Positions 62,948 through 64,000 of a DNA stretch of 64,000 nt are shown piece after piece. Source of the DNA: Dendrobates tinctorius (lineage: Eukaryota); assembly GCF_039654945.1 (NCBI RefSeq), contig NW_027361677.1:13454001-13518000 (forward strand), in the 5' to 3' direction. Under the pieces are notes generated by a model. The model had not been told where the DNA came from, ran no database searches, and worked only from the letters and a program-made list of their open reading frames with translations. The translations under genes were made by a program, and so were the position numbers. The first letter of the stretch is position 1, and every line of letters begins with the position of its first letter.

Positions 62948-63115
62948 TCATTGCAAACTTTGGAGGATTATCATTGACGTCAGTCAGGGTGACTGTTACG
63001 GTAGTAGTTCCAGAAAGTCCACCCATGTGACCACCCATGTCCTTGGCTTGAATGACAACAAGGTATTCTTCTCTGGCTTCTCTGTCCATGTTGGAAAGGG
63101 CTGTCTTTATGATTG
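62948..63115 (-). CDS. CDH8: Type II cadherin coding exon (end of EC2), 168 bp; most 5' exon in the window
   Basis: Translates to (A)[55 protein letters not shown] with the cadherin DRE and DVNDNPP motifs. AG acceptor at 63116-63117 after a pyrimidine tract, GTAAGT donor starting at 62947. The 168-bp size matches the conserved type II cadherin exon. Confidence 0.93.
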
Positions 63116-64000
63116 CTAGGAGAAGGAGGAAAAAAAGTGAAAGTTTGAGCAATGTTATAGAAATTTCTTGGCTTTAGTCCTAGTGTCCTGTTTATGAAAA
63201 CTTTCAACGAGCAAGAAAGTAAAACCCAGTGGGGCAGATTTATGAATACTGGTCTAAATTCAGACAGCAAAAACTTCAGTGGCACAAGATGTGTGATAAA
63301 TCTGGTATCTTATTAGATATGCTATGTCACTGCTTGGCTGGCTTAATTTACACCAGTTTTGTGCACCTAAATAATGGCATACACCATTATTAAGTCTACC
63401 GCATTTTACGACTCCACTTAGTCATGAATTCTTTTTAGACTCTTACCAAACTTTCCACTAACTTATAAAAAGGGCTAAAACGCATAATAAATATGGTGCA
63501 CAGCATTCATGTCAGTTTTGCTTACTTTGAGACTGTTTTTTGACACATTTTGGTTACATATCTTCTTTAATATTTCTAGTTTGAAACAGAAAATATGCAT
63601 TTCATAGATTTCTGTACCATTGAGATTTATGATACATTCCTAGATTCCTTGTTTTCCGCAACAGCAATCTATAAAATGTACTGCAATGAAATATAGCAAT
63701 ATACTAAATGTGATATAAACACACACACACACACATACATATATAATGTGCCCTACCTATCCAGATTCAACACAAATTGGCTGCTGCATTCCTTTCTTCT
63801 GCTTTTATACAGGCTATGCTTGTCACTCCTGATTGGCTGTGCTGTACTATATTTTGCTCAACAAAAGAAACAGCGGACGGCACTGCTGTTACCATACTTG
63901 TGCTAGTGGTCTGTGGCTGGCAGGAAAGTTACACCGAATCTCCCGGGTGCTTGACCTCGTAGTAATCAATCTTGTATTCTATGTAGATGAAAGGTCGCAC

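Overview
Vertebrate genomic DNA, inferred from the transposon repertoire to be a frog (anuran). The whole window lies inside a minus-strand type II classical cadherin gene, most likely CDH8. Three coding exons of 168, 188 and 254 bp (62948-63115, 39363-39550, 2017-2270) have GT-AG boundaries, splice in frame and are separated by 23.4 kb and 37.1 kb introns. The introns are packed with mobile DNA: (i) an 8.4-kb near-perfect palindrome made of two inverted ~4-kb non-autonomous TTAA (piggyBac-like) elements, each with an internal telomeric (TTAGGG/CTAGGG)n tract; (ii) a Tc1 element with an intact 340-aa DD34E transposase, sitting in a minisatellite that also holds a nested Helitron; (iii) a decayed hAT transposon and a 2.3-kb fold-back derivative of it; (iv) many Kolobok/T2, Harbinger and hAT MITEs, a solo LTR, a 5'-truncated CR1 LINE and several minisatellites. 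The least expected signal is RNA-structural. About nine type I hammerhead-ribozyme-like motifs (CUGANGA...GAAAC...GUH) occur. Two of them lie in dispersed copies of a ~325-330-bp tandem monomer that also carries an octamer (ATTTGCAT), resembling newt satellite 2 / non-LTR retrozymes. All copies here appear partly degenerate, so activity is not claimed.
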